This document shows, piece after piece, positions 52,104-64,000 of a stretch of 64,000 nucleotides of DNA (the stretch's first letter is position 1; the number at the start of each line of letters is the position of its first letter). Under the pieces are notes generated by a model. It was not told the origin of the DNA, ran no database searches, and worked only from the letters and a program-made list of their open reading frames with translations. The DNA is taken from positions 434,001-498,000 of the forward strand of contig NC_089435.1 of assembly GCF_026210795.1 (NCBI RefSeq), read 5' to 3'. Both the position numbers and the translations under genes were made by a program. This DNA is from Rhizophagus irregularis. Taxonomy: Eukaryota.

Positions 52104-54453
52104 TTACCAATTGATGCGCAACCGACACATATTATTGAATTCACTGTTATGATAGAGACGTCCAATACCTTCAGTATTATCATCAAAGTCATAATTTTTA
52201 ATTATACCTTCTACCTTATACATTTGTAGTTGATCCTTTAATACCTGTAGCTCCAATTTATCTAATTCATATTCTAATGTAATTGTTTGTAATATTATAG
52301 GATGTCTGTCCTTCCAACTATCAAGAAATAATTTTAATATTTCTAATTTGTTTTCTATATTCCGAGAAAAAAATTTAAACTTAAACAAATTAATTGGTGA
52401 GGATCTCAATAATATTTCAAATAGTGCTCCGAATGATACGAGTCGACCCGGGTTAATTTGACCCGACTCGACTTTTAAATCGGGTCGGTACTAACGATTT
52501 TTAATGACCCGTGACCCGCATGACCCGCATGACCCGACCCGCCGGGTCGGGTTATAAATTTCCTTGACCCGGGTTTGACCCGGGTTTGACCCGGATCGAC
52601 CCGGATGTTTTTAATTCTGGCAAAATTATAATTTTGGCCAAAATTAAGCCAAGAATTAGTTTTAACAAATATTAACATAGCTTAATCAGAAAAATAAAAA
52701 AATTAACATTTGGCTTTTGAGAATAATATTTTTCTGATAGCTTTAGAATTCCAATTTATCTTTGATTTGAATATCTGCTAATTATTTTGCCTAACTCTTT
52801 GATTTTTATTATATTAAACCAGGTTCAAAATTCGTATTTTTAATTTTATTTTAGATAATTTAGTCTAGGAGAAAAATAAGAGCTAGTGTTACATGTTTTG
52901 TATAACCATTCATGATACAAATTTCAGGATGCTACTAGTGGTTAATCACTAAGTTGCCTTTTTTTCAAATAAAAGGAAATTAATTTTGTTATTATTAGAA
53001 GAAAATCTCACATAATATAAGTTAGTACCCATTTTACTTAAATGTTCGGGTCTAACCCGGGTTACACGAGTTAAATTATACTCGGTCGAGTCAAGGGTCG
53101 GGTTACAAAAATATGAGACCCGAATAAATACGAGTCTTATATTTTTTTATTCAGATCGGGTCGAATATTTCCTCAAAACCCGACCCGACTTGACCCGGTA
53201 GGAGCACTAATTTCAAATAATTTATTCCAATCGTCTTTTTCAAAGGGAGAAAATTCATTCAATTCCATAATTTCTAATTCAATTAAAAATTGACAATGAA
53301 TTAATATATTTTCAACTTCTGGAATATCACTATCAACCAATGATAATTGAAGATAACTAAGATTTGGACAATTTTTATAAATTACTTGTATAAGCTTTTC
53401 ATTATCAGTGGTATTTTGAAAAAGAATACTAATTTTATTAAGTTGACCTTTTGTATTTTCAATTAAACTTGCTAAAATTTTAGATGAGATATATCGAGTT
53501 TTTAGACATTTTAAATGAGGTAAAAATAGATTTTCTAAATGTTTAAAATGTGCTTTGTGAGTAGGTTGTATTTTTAAACTTACTAAATTTATAAGGTATG
53601 AAAGATAATTTGTAATAGGTATCCACCTTATTTTTAAATACTGGATAGTATCTGCACATTTAATTAGCGATTCTTCAAGTGTTTTAAAATATGTATCATA
53701 AATAATAAATCCATTTCTGTCTAAAACAGCAAGATCCTTTAGTTCTTCTTGAGCTCTAATTATTGAAAAATATGTTTCATGCCTATTTTCAACAAATATA
53801 TTACCGAAATTGACTTTTTTTAGGCTTTTTTGTGCCTCAATTAATCTAATGATTCCGGGATTATTCTTTAAGTGATTAATTTCAAATATCAACTTTTTAA
53901 TTGATGTGTTTGTTATAGCCAAACTCTCTAAAACATTACTATTGATTTTAACATCACAAGAACAGTATTTAAGTTCTGAAAAACAAGATTCAGTCCCTGT
54001 AATATGAATACGGTCTAGATTTTGAATAGAAAGAGAAATAAATTTTGTATTCATATTAAATAGATTCAATATTTCATTTCCAACTTTATATATAATATCT
54101 GAATGATTATATTTAATATTTGGATGATTAGTTATGATACATTCTAAAAAATTTAAATCCAAATGTCTCCAAAAACTAATATAATTATATAATAAAGGTC
54201 TCTGATCTTCAAAAAATTCAAATCCTTGTTTCTTTAAATTATTTCTTGATTTTTCTGATAAATGTGAAAGTATTACTTGTAAAAAACTTTTTTCGTTATT
54301 AATATGATCTTTTCTAGTAGGATTTTTCCATAAAATTGGAATGGTTGTTTCACACAAATCCTTATTAACTAAAAGGCATGAACGAATAGTTTTGTAATCA
54401 TCTTGTAATTCTTCTAATATTAGGAGAATTATGTCTTTGTTAAGCTTTTCCAT
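52104..54453 (-). pseudogene. F-box/LRR-like protein gene interrupted by a hAT MITE
   Basis: N-terminal F-box-like LNKDIILLILEEL...SCLLVNK..CE..IPILW; removing the MITE plus one TSD restores WNKLFEI-LLRSSP and a 517-aa ORF. Confidence 0.88.
52422..53209. mobile_element. hAT-family MITE
   Basis: TIR tagtgctcc/ggagcacta; perfect 8-bp TSD atttcaaa (52414-52421, 53210-53217); GACCCG subterminal repeats. Confidence 0.92.
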
Positions 54454-56223
54454 TTTTTAAAACGAAGAAAATTGGTTTTTTTCTTATTTTTTTTTATAGG
54501 AAAGAAATTAAAATCATGATTCATAAAATTGACATCATGATTCATTAATTACTTTTCGTGATTCACGATAACTTTCATGATGACATGCCGCTTTCTCACC
54601 ATGTGACATTGTAACATGCCGATTTTCATCATGTGATGAATAATCTTCTACGAATTTAGATTTACCGATTTTTCGCATATTATCGCATTCGTAACATTTT
54701 TATCAAATCGATTATTTGATTTATTTTGACATGTAGATAATGAACAGATAATTTATCAAAAAAAAAATTCCCCAGTTTATTAGAAAGAAATTAAAGAAAC
54801 CCTAAATGACCATTTTTTATTAAAAAGAAAATTTTAAAAAACCTAATCCTTAAAAAATTGGGTTCCTTAATTTTTTTTGTATGGAAATTAAAGAATCCGA
54901 TTTTTTTTTTATTAATATTTAAACGTATATAATTATTTAAATCAGTTTTATAAAAGTTGCAATTGTGTTAAGTAAATTTAATAAAATACAGTACGTGTGT
55001 TACTGTGTACAAGACTTTTTTTTTTTGCGATAAATTAATAAATCCACATATAAATTTAATACGAAAATTATTAATATTGAGAGTAAAAATTAATTTATGA
55101 AATTGAAAAAAAAAACGAGTTTACGAGTTTCGAGTTTCGAACTTGGATCATTTGGTGAATATTCGTATTATAAAACAGAAAAAAATTAAAGACATTTTTT
55201 TTTATAATTTTTAAAATTTTTTTTTCTTTTTTTTTATTTTTATAATTTGTCGGCAAAAAGTTTTTTTTTTTTTGTATAAATTTTCATATAAAACTGAATT
55301 TTAATAATACAAATTTAGAGATTATAGTTTTTTTTTTATTTACAAATTTAGAAATTTACGATTTTCTTATGCATTTATAAAATAATAAGAAAAACATCTC
55401 TTAATTTTAAAATGTGAAATACGTGGTAAGACATTTTCGTCAAACGATCATTCATAACGATATGAAACATGAAGATTATTCGTCACATGATGAAAAAGTT
55501 CATGTGAAAAATCGTAACATGATCATGAAAAATGATGGGCTTACGGCGGGCCATATCAAACTTTAATGTACGACCAATGTACGACTAATATACGACATCT
55601 CAAAAAATGTCTCAATTTTTCTAAAAAAATTCAAACAATAGTTAACATTCTGTCAAATAGAAATACGGATAATGAATACAGTGTAAAATCATTTTTTATT
55701 ACTAACTATCTCAATATTAATTTTGTAATTTGAACGTAATGTTAACCCAAATTTATCGTTATGATAAATAGTATTTCTGATACGAGACGCACGGCCTAAA
55801 AATTAAAACTTTTTTAATAATTTGGGCAATATACAGTCAAAGTAAATGATGAGAAATTCGCCGACGGAGACATGACACGAAAATGATGGCCGATAAATAA
55901 CTGTAATAAGCAATTTAATAGTTATTACACGCACACATATATATTTATACTTGAGTGTCACATAATCACAATCCTTTTTAATACGTGATGATGATTGTCA
56001 ACACTTAAAATATTATATCCTAAATCAAACTTATTAAAACGTATGTGAGTTATGAATTATGATATACAGCAATGTTAAAATAATTCTTTCTTTACGAAGA
56101 TAATCGAACTGATAATTTGAATAGCTTTATTTACAATAAAATTTGACGTAACCCACCCATACATAATACTGCGTATAAAGTAAAAGATAAGGGAAATAAG
56201 AGTGTGAAAAAAAATAATGATAT

Positions 56224-56679
56224 TTAGATATTATTTACATTATCACCGGAAATGGATGACGCATTGTAAGTATTGTCATTCGAATCATTCGAATATAATT
56301 GAATCATATTTTGTGGATGGTCAGCGGATTGTTGAACAATCTGTTGTCGAATTGAAGTTTGTACATTATAGTGGTGTTGAAAATGATGGTAAGGAACATG
56401 AGATAAATTAATTCTGTTATTTAAATGTCGAGCAATTTCTGTTGTAGTATTTAATTCTGTATAAGTAACATGATAAATGCGTGTATCGTTCGGTATGGGA
56501 AGGTAAAATTCAAAAGTAGGTGCAGAAGCAGTTGCACTAGTTTGTGAGGTATTTATGTTCGTATTAGTGGACATTCCCAGGGTTGAAGTATGTTGAAAGT
56601 TGAGTTCACCATTATTTTCAACAATTTGTAAAGGTGTTTGTATATTAGAATAATTTTGCGTTGAGTTCATGTTTTCCAT
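56224..56679 (-). CDS. Hypothetical 151-aa N/Q/T-rich protein
   Basis: Single ATG-TAA ORF with non-random composition and an ordered core PTFEFYLPIPNDTRIYHVTYTEL. Confidence 0.55.
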   Translation of the reverse strand: MENMNSTQNYSNIQTPLQIVENNGELNFQHTSTLGMSTNTNINTSQTSATASAPTFEFYLPIPNDTRIYHVTYTELNTTTEIARHLNNRINLSHVPYHHFQHHYNVQTSIRQQIVQQSADHPQNMIQLYSNDSNDNTYNASSISGDNVNNI

Positions 56680-56912
56680 AATTTCTTTTTTATTTTCGAG
56701 TGCGAAAAGTATAAATAGTATACTGTATATATATGCTATTTTTCAAGATTATATCGTTTAATACGATAACGCAGCACAAAATTTAAAAGGAAAATTAATA
56801 ATCAACGATCGATATCTAACGCCTTTGCCTCACTTTAATTTTTCCCCATTTGGCATTGTACACACCTTATTTTGGTTTAATTCACTTTTGTTTCGACTTG
56901 CTTGGTCTCAAT

Positions 56913-57289
56913 TAGGGATGGCAACGGTCACGGTCATTAACCGGTTATGACCGGTCATGACCGTGACCGATATCGGTCGGTCAAAGACCTCTGACCGACC
57001 GTTTGACCGACCGTTTGACCGATCCTGAAAACGTTTGCGAAACGTAATTTAATAAAAAAAATGTTTCACAAACGTTTTTTTAATTATTTTATTGTAATAG
57101 AAAACGTTGCGAAAACGTTTTTTATTAAGTATTTCAATTAAATTACGTTTCGCAAACGTTTTCAGGATCGGTTAACCGGTCGGTTAGACCGGTCGGTCAA
57201 CGGTCGGTCGGTCGGTCAAAGGTTCTTGACCGGTTATGACCGACCGATGACCGACCATGACCGACCATGACCGACCGTTGCCATCCCTA
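56913..57289. mobile_element. hAT-family MITE
   Basis: TIR tagggatggcaacggtc / gaccgttgccatcccta; perfect 8-bp TSD gtctcaat; GACCG repeats; AACGTT core. Confidence 0.93.
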
Positions 57290-59839
57290 GTCTCAATTTT
57301 GGTCTGGTTTATGTTGCCTATATCTAAATTTTATCCCGTTCACATTGTCTATACTTCAATTTTGGTACAATTCACCTAATATATATTTCTTATTTTACTT
57401 TGAACCATCCTTGTACTTGCTCTATTTAGTCTGTTGCGTCTTGTATTTGCATCACTTTGGTTTTGACCCACCTTGCTTTTGCCTCGCTTCGGTAGTTTGA
57501 CATAATATTATTATCTATGATTGGGCAAGAATTCAACACCAACTTATGGGGGTACTCGGTACGACGGAAGATTAACTTTAATTGGTTTTTCTCGTAGGAA
57601 TTTTTTGAAAATACTTTTAGACGAAAGTAGAAGATAAAATGACGATTAATATATAAATTAAATCTAGAAAAAAAAAATTAATTGTATAAATATAATGAAT
57701 TTATGGTATACATAAAAAGAAAATTAAGAGTATCAATTAAAAAAAAAGGTAAAATAAAATAATATAATATATTTTTTTCTTACATTTTTTATCGACGAAA
57801 CAATTTTGGATGGATAAATTCTTTTTCGAAACATCGAACATAATCGAACATGAATCAAGAAGGAAATTATTTCAGAAATAGATTTATAAAAAAAGTATAT
57901 TTATAAATAGAAACAAAGAATCAAAATTCTGGTGTAACGTTCGAAATGCAAGATATTGTAATCCATGATAAACAAAACTGCGGTATGTCAAACCATTAAA
58001 ATTGGCGTAATGCAAATCATGATGTTTGATATACATCGTTTATTTTGAAGAATAAAATCGTTGGTATGAAATAACTAAATATTGTCGGTACCAATGTTCG
58101 TTATAAATTTACAAATACTTTTGTTGAATAATTTGTTTTACCCAATTGTGATTTATATCATTATTGAAGTTACATAAAAAAGACTTAAAAACGATAATGA
58201 AGTTATTTAATGATTTACAATTCTAGGGGGTCAAGATCATCCAAAATTGATGTGATATGCAAGTCACAGATATGAAAGAATGATGAAAGTACAGTATATA
58301 AACTTTAATTATTATGTAATCCTTATATAATTCATTCTAACGCAGTAACGCTATGTTTAAGGAAATCAATATGTAATAATAAAAAAAAAATTGTATAAAT
58401 TTATTATATGTTTGATATCTATTGTAAATATACATATACTGCATTTGTCTAATGACGAAGATTAAATTGTAATCTAATCTATCGCAGCATATCGCAGCCG
58501 ACACAGCGTAAATAAATTACGTAAGCTAATATTCTAATAAAAAAGTTTTAATAATAGTTAATTACATTCTTAAAAGAATGGATAATCTAGACATCAATTT
58601 GATACATTTTTACAATGTTAATTATTTTTTGGTAAAAAATTTTGAAAATTTAATCTGAAATTTGCGTTAAGGTATAGCAATAGTTAAATTGGTACGAACT
58701 TATTTCATCTTTCTATTTCTTTAGCAATAATGATAGGTTGTCTATTTAGCCATATAAAGAAAAGTCAAATTTTCTTTATATCTGAACTAAAGACCAGGTC
58801 AAAATGGTATTTCGAACTTTTGAGTTTTTCTAGATAAATCGATCGACAGGCTGATCGCTGGTTTTTATTCACTCACGGACCATTTCCCGACAGGACATTT
58901 CCCGATAGCCTAACATCCGTCTGGAAATCGTGCCGTAACCGTTTTTATTATGTTAAGTATTACAGGTCAAAATTGTAGTTTACTCGTACTTTGTTTGTTT
59001 TTTTGTTTTTCAATTTTATTATCACATATCAGAATTGTTCATACAAAACGTAAAGAAAATATTTTTTTAATGAAATTATTGAAAATAGAATTTTCTTCCA
59101 CCTTTTGTTCTTTTCTTTATAACCGTTCTGGCACTGTTTTTGAAACTTTTAGACGCAGGAATAATTGCAAGTTTCAAAGATAATTTAAGAGAAAATATTG
59201 CAATTATTTGTAACTTTTGAAGATAGCAAAGATATTAATGAAGCAATCTTCAATTGCTGGAAAGAAACTATTTTGCCTTCTTCAACAATGAAGATATGGC
59301 CGATTCAAGATAGAGACAAAGAAGAAATAATGAATGATAAAAAATAGAAAATATCAATGAAATAATCAGAGAACTACAGTAGACATAATGTCCGATCTCC
59401 ACGCTGCTTTATTGGCAGATGCATTAAATAAATACTTTTGTGGATTGGTAGAAGAAAATTCCAACTAAAGAATTTTTAGATGATGACGATATCATAAAAT
59501 TGAGATACGTGAAGATGGAATTGATGAAAATGGTTTTGAAGAAGTGCAAATTCAAGTGTCTCTGGGCGATGCATTTAAATCTATGTGAATTTTTTTGAAC
59601 AACAAAAAAACAGATGGATTTAATATAGAAGGTACGAAAAGTATTTTGATTACTACGTGATGACTTGAATCGCAAGCTAAAAAACAAGTTCCAATAACTA
59701 AATATTTATAATTTTTTGAAATTATATCTTGGTAATTTACTAGGGAAAGAAGTTGTTAAATTGCTTTTTTTTTTAAGTTTCAAAGTGTTATAATTTATTT
59801 GATCAGCAGTGGATACATTTAAAGTGATTTATTGATGTT

Positions 59840-60450
59840 TATATCATGATTTTATTATTATTCCAGTTTTTTAATCTCTTCAATGGTTAGCATATTTTCT
59901 CTTTCAGCATCCCAACATTTCATTATCAAATTTACAATAATTTTGGTATATCTTTAAAAATTTTGGTTTAATTCCTTTACATATTTTAAAATTCATCTTT
60001 CGAATTATTTCATCTTTGTTGTATTCAAACTTTTAATGCAACCGTGAAATACGAATTTTTTATCAATTCTGATTCTCAATACCCGACAGGCCGACACCTA
60101 ATGTATCATTCAGATCACTAAATCTACAACTTGTAATACAGTAATATCTTGTAATATCTTTAGGAATTTTATAAGGTATCTATTCAAAACATTTTGTTAA
60201 GTATAAAATTTTATAATTTTGAATTAATTCATCAATTTCTTTATTTTAATTAGTCCAATTTTTAAAATTCTTTAAAATCATTTAACATTACAAAGTTGAC
60301 ATCAAAAGCTCCCTGTCCAGGTTTATTTCATTCTCCATATATTCACATACTTATTTTCATTTTTCTAAATTATCCATATAAATTATTTTTTAATCCATTT
60401 CTTCTAATTCAGTAGTTTAACCAATGGTTACATGGAGCTTTTAATTTTTT
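59840..60450 (-). pseudogene. Highly decayed kinase relic
   Basis: Fragments GQGAF, E*IPYK and NLIMKCWDAERENMLTIEEI (subdomain XI). Confidence 0.55.
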
Positions 60451-60984
60451 TAAAAAACATTAGGCCTTACCATACCAATTTGAAAGTATATTTAACATCA
60501 TGTATTTAAGAGGGGAAAGAATGGGAGAATAAATGAACAATAGAAAAATCAAACATTTATAATGAATTTTTCGGAAAAAAAGCATAAAAAAAAAATATTA
60601 TGTCACATATTAATCATGTGGCACTATGTTTACCATTGATTATTTTATGATCTTTTGTTAAATATATATAAACCATTAATTATGTAACATTATTATAAAA
60701 ATAAATTTTTACGTAATATTTTTTTTCTATCATCATGTTTCATAAATTCCTTGGTTGTTCGGGTTTCTTTTTTTTTTAATAATTCCATACTAGATTAATT
60801 TGAATTAATATTTTTTTTTATTTCTATTTAGTTAAATATTATTGATCTTGGATTTAAAAAAGATAGTGATATCATCATTCTCCCAATTTTCTGAAACAAG
60901 TAAAAAAGAGAATTTGTTCTTTGAACATTTATTATTTTCTTTGTATCAAATTGTTTTTAATTAAAGAAATATGTCAATCACTAA

Positions 60985-61105
60985 AATTTCAGCGAAATGC
61001 CCTTGATGAATTGTCTTTCTGCAAACTTCCAAAACTTCCCTTCAGCGAAATGACTTTGGAAAAATGAGTTTCTGTGAAACAGATTTAGGTGAAATGTACC
61101 ATAAT
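60985..61105. mobile_element. Solo degenerate end of the 6398-7108 foldback family
   Basis: Reverse complement ttatggtacatttcacctaaatctgtttcacagaaactcattt resembles 6397-6440. Confidence 0.5.
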
Positions 61106-61276
61106 CATTATAATTATAAGAAATAATGAAATAAAAATATTAAATAAACGAACATTATTCAATAATTATTATACTTGTATTTAATAATATTTATTTTATT
61201 TTAAAATTGTAATCACATAAAATGTAAATATTTTCTATATAATAACTGATAAATAATTCAATAAATAACAAGATTA

Positions 61277-64000
61277 TTAATCTACAACCATACATTCAAA
61301 ACACTCAGACTTTTCTTGAACGATTTCCTGAACTATGAATTTGGACTTTTCTTGAGCTAAAATTTCAGTAAATTTAGTAAATTTGCGACTTGTATAATAT
61401 GCTTGTGGATGAGATTGCATAATAGAAGTATTTGCTTGTTCTTGTGCTAAAGTTTTGTTTGCTTCTACAAATTCAAGCATATCATCTTTTAATTGATTAT
61501 CAATATTATGTACTACAAAGTTATAATCTCCATCCCTGTTTATTGCATAATATTCATTATTACATCTAATCCATCCAGATACAATATTTTCAAGCATTCC
61601 TATGGTTGGTCTATTTGAGGGATTTGAATCCCAACATTTTTTCATTAAATCTATATAACATTTTGGAGTATTTTTTATAATTTCAGGACGTTCCCCTTTA
61701 CAAATATTCAAGGTAAGGTCATAATCATGTGCTTCATATTTAAATGGGGGAATACCTGATGTAAATTCCCACATTATCATTGAAAGACTATAAATATCAC
61801 TTGCTGAAGTATAGGGTTTGTTTCTTAATATTTCAGGAGCCATATAAGGTAAAACTCCATAAATTTCATCATCATCATTACCAGAATCTTGTGAATTGTT
61901 TATAGGTTTACATAATCCTAAATCAATAATAAATAATTCATTGTAATTATCTGACATTAATATATTACCATCATGAAAATCGCCATGAGTTAAATTTGAT
62001 TCATGAATTACTTTAAGTCCTAATATAATTGTTTTCAATAATTGTAGCTTATCTTGCCACTTAAATTTAATTATATCAGGTAAACATTTTCTCAAACTTC
62101 CTTTTTTCGCATAACTCATTACAATTATATAATTTAAATTATTTGGATCTTGAGTAATTCCAAAGAATTGAATAAATTTTGAAAATGATTTCTTTTGACA
62201 ATTATAATGATATTTCCACTATATAGACGATAAAAAAATTATTAAATTTTTTGCAAAAGAAAATAAAATTTGCTATTAAAATAAATACTATACCTCATCC
62301 AGAAATTTACTATTTAAACTTGATGAATTATTAAGTATTTTAAGAACAACCTCATAATCTATTTGTCTATTCCATTGTTGTTGTTTAAAATTCCAACTAT
62401 AAATAGGTCCATCTAACCAGATAGCTTTATGGATTTCTCCAAATCCTCCTTTATCATAATAATAAATACTTGACAATTTATTATAAGGTATCCATTCTAA
62501 AATTTCATAACTATTTTTAGTATTCTGTTGTGCTTCTTGAATAAATTTATCAATAAATTCATTTTTACTAGTCCATTTTGAAAAATCTTGTTGAAATCGT
62601 CTAGTATTACATTGTTGACACCACTGATAATCAGTATATGGTTGCATGCATTCATTACATGATTCAACTTCATTTTTAGAATTTACGTTATTTTCTGCTA
62701 CTTTTTGATACCAATAAAAAGCTTTTTCTAAATTCTTCTTTGTCCCTTCTCCATCATAATACCAATTGGCTAAATTAAGCATTGCTTTAATATGATCTTT
62801 TTCTGCTGCTTTTTGGCACCAACGAAAGGCTTTTTCTAAATTCTTTTCTGTTCCTTCTCCATTATAATAGCTATTGGATAAATTAAACATTGCTACTTCA
62901 TCACCATTTTCTGCTGATTTTTGAAACCAATGAAAGGCTTTTTCTAAATTCTTTTCTGTTCCTTTTCCATTATAATAATTACTGGCTAAACTAAGCATTG
63001 CATTAATACACCCATTTTCTGCTGCATTTTGATTCCAATAAAAGGCTTTTCCTAAATTCTTTTCTGTTCCTTCTCCATTTTTATAACATATGGCTAAATC
63101 TTTCATTGCATACTTCTCGCCATTTTCTGCTGCTCTTTGAAACAAATAAAAGGCTTTTTCTAAATTCTTTTCTGTTCCTTCTCCATTTTTATAACTAGTT
63201 GCTAAATTAAACATCGCTACTTCATCACCATTTTCTACTGCTTTTTGATACCAATAAAAGGCTTTTTCTAAATTCTTTTCTGTTCCTTTTCCATAATAAT
63301 AACTATCAGCTAAATTATTCATTGCTTTAATATAATCTTTTTCTGCTGCTTTTTGATACCAATGAAAGGCTTTTTCATAATTCTTTTCTATTCCTTTTCC
63401 ATCATAATAACTATTGGCTAAATTATTCATTGCTTTAATATAATCTTTTTCTGCTGCTTTTTGATACCAATAAAAAGCTTTTTCATAATTCTTTTCTGTT
63501 CCTTCTCCATTTTCATAGCATATAGCTAAATTAAGCATTGCTTTTTCATAACCATTTTCTGCTGCTTTTTGATACCAATGAAAGGCTTTTTCATAACTAT
63601 TTTCTGTTCCTTCTCCATAATAATAACTATCAGCTAAATTAAACATTGCTACTTCATTACCATTTTCCGTTGCTTTTTGATACCAATGAAAGGCTTTTTT
63701 ATAATTATTTTCTGTTCCTTCTCCATGATAATAACTATTGGCTAAATTATTCATTGCTACTTCATCACCATTTTCTGCTGCTTTTTAATACCAATAAAAG
63801 GCTTTTTCTAAATTCTTTTCTGTTCCTTCTCCATTATAATAGCTATTGGATAAATTAAACATTGCTACTTCATTACCATTTTCTGCTGCTTTTTGATACC
63901 AATGAAAGGCTTTTTCATAATTCTTTCCTGTTCCTTTTCCATTATAATAACTATTAGCTAAATTAAACATTGCTACTTCATCACCATTTTCTGCTGCTTT
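61277..64000 (-). CDS. Sel1-repeat (>=12x) non-RD tyrosine-kinase-like kinase; 5' end outside the window; nonsense codon in the repeat array
   Basis: 108-bp Sel1 repeats at ~62700-64000; CxxC..WCxxC; KGGFG, VVLK; phase-0 intron 62293-62219; exon 62218-61277 with HGDFHDGN, DLG, YMAPE. CAA>TAA at 63787-63785. Confidence 0.85.

Noticed and set aside
57640..59700. Possible decayed gene/transposase fragments
   Set aside because: Coding-like texture but no motif I can identify.

Overview
Very AT-rich eukaryotic (fungal) DNA with short GT-AG introns. The gene families (Sel1-repeat tyrosine-kinase-like kinases, an F-box/LRR-like protein, many MITEs) are typical of an arbuscular mycorrhizal fungus (Glomeromycotina, Rhizophagus-like); this assignment is inferred. 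All genes lie on the minus strand. (i) Two paralogous Sel1-repeat non-RD kinases bracket the window, each with a single inactivating lesion. (ii) A 10-exon kinase gene is built from nine tandem, phase-0 'Zn-knuckle + kinase N-lobe' cassettes ahead of one C-lobe exon; one cassette carries a stop codon. (iii) A six-copy, intron-rich aldo-keto reductase array includes one copy with a precise intron loss and a nonsense codon. (iv) An F-box gene is split by a hAT MITE. (v) A 3.3-kb insertion with a 13-bp TSD and (TAAAAA)n tail carries a ~720-nt structured RNA-like module, a ~280-bp tail-to-tail palindrome and an intact antisense 507-aa ORF with no recognisable RT/transposase; the RNA module has a second, independent copy at ~15 kb. 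Items (ii) and (v) are the best candidates for undescribed systems. Exon boundaries and TSDs were read by eye.
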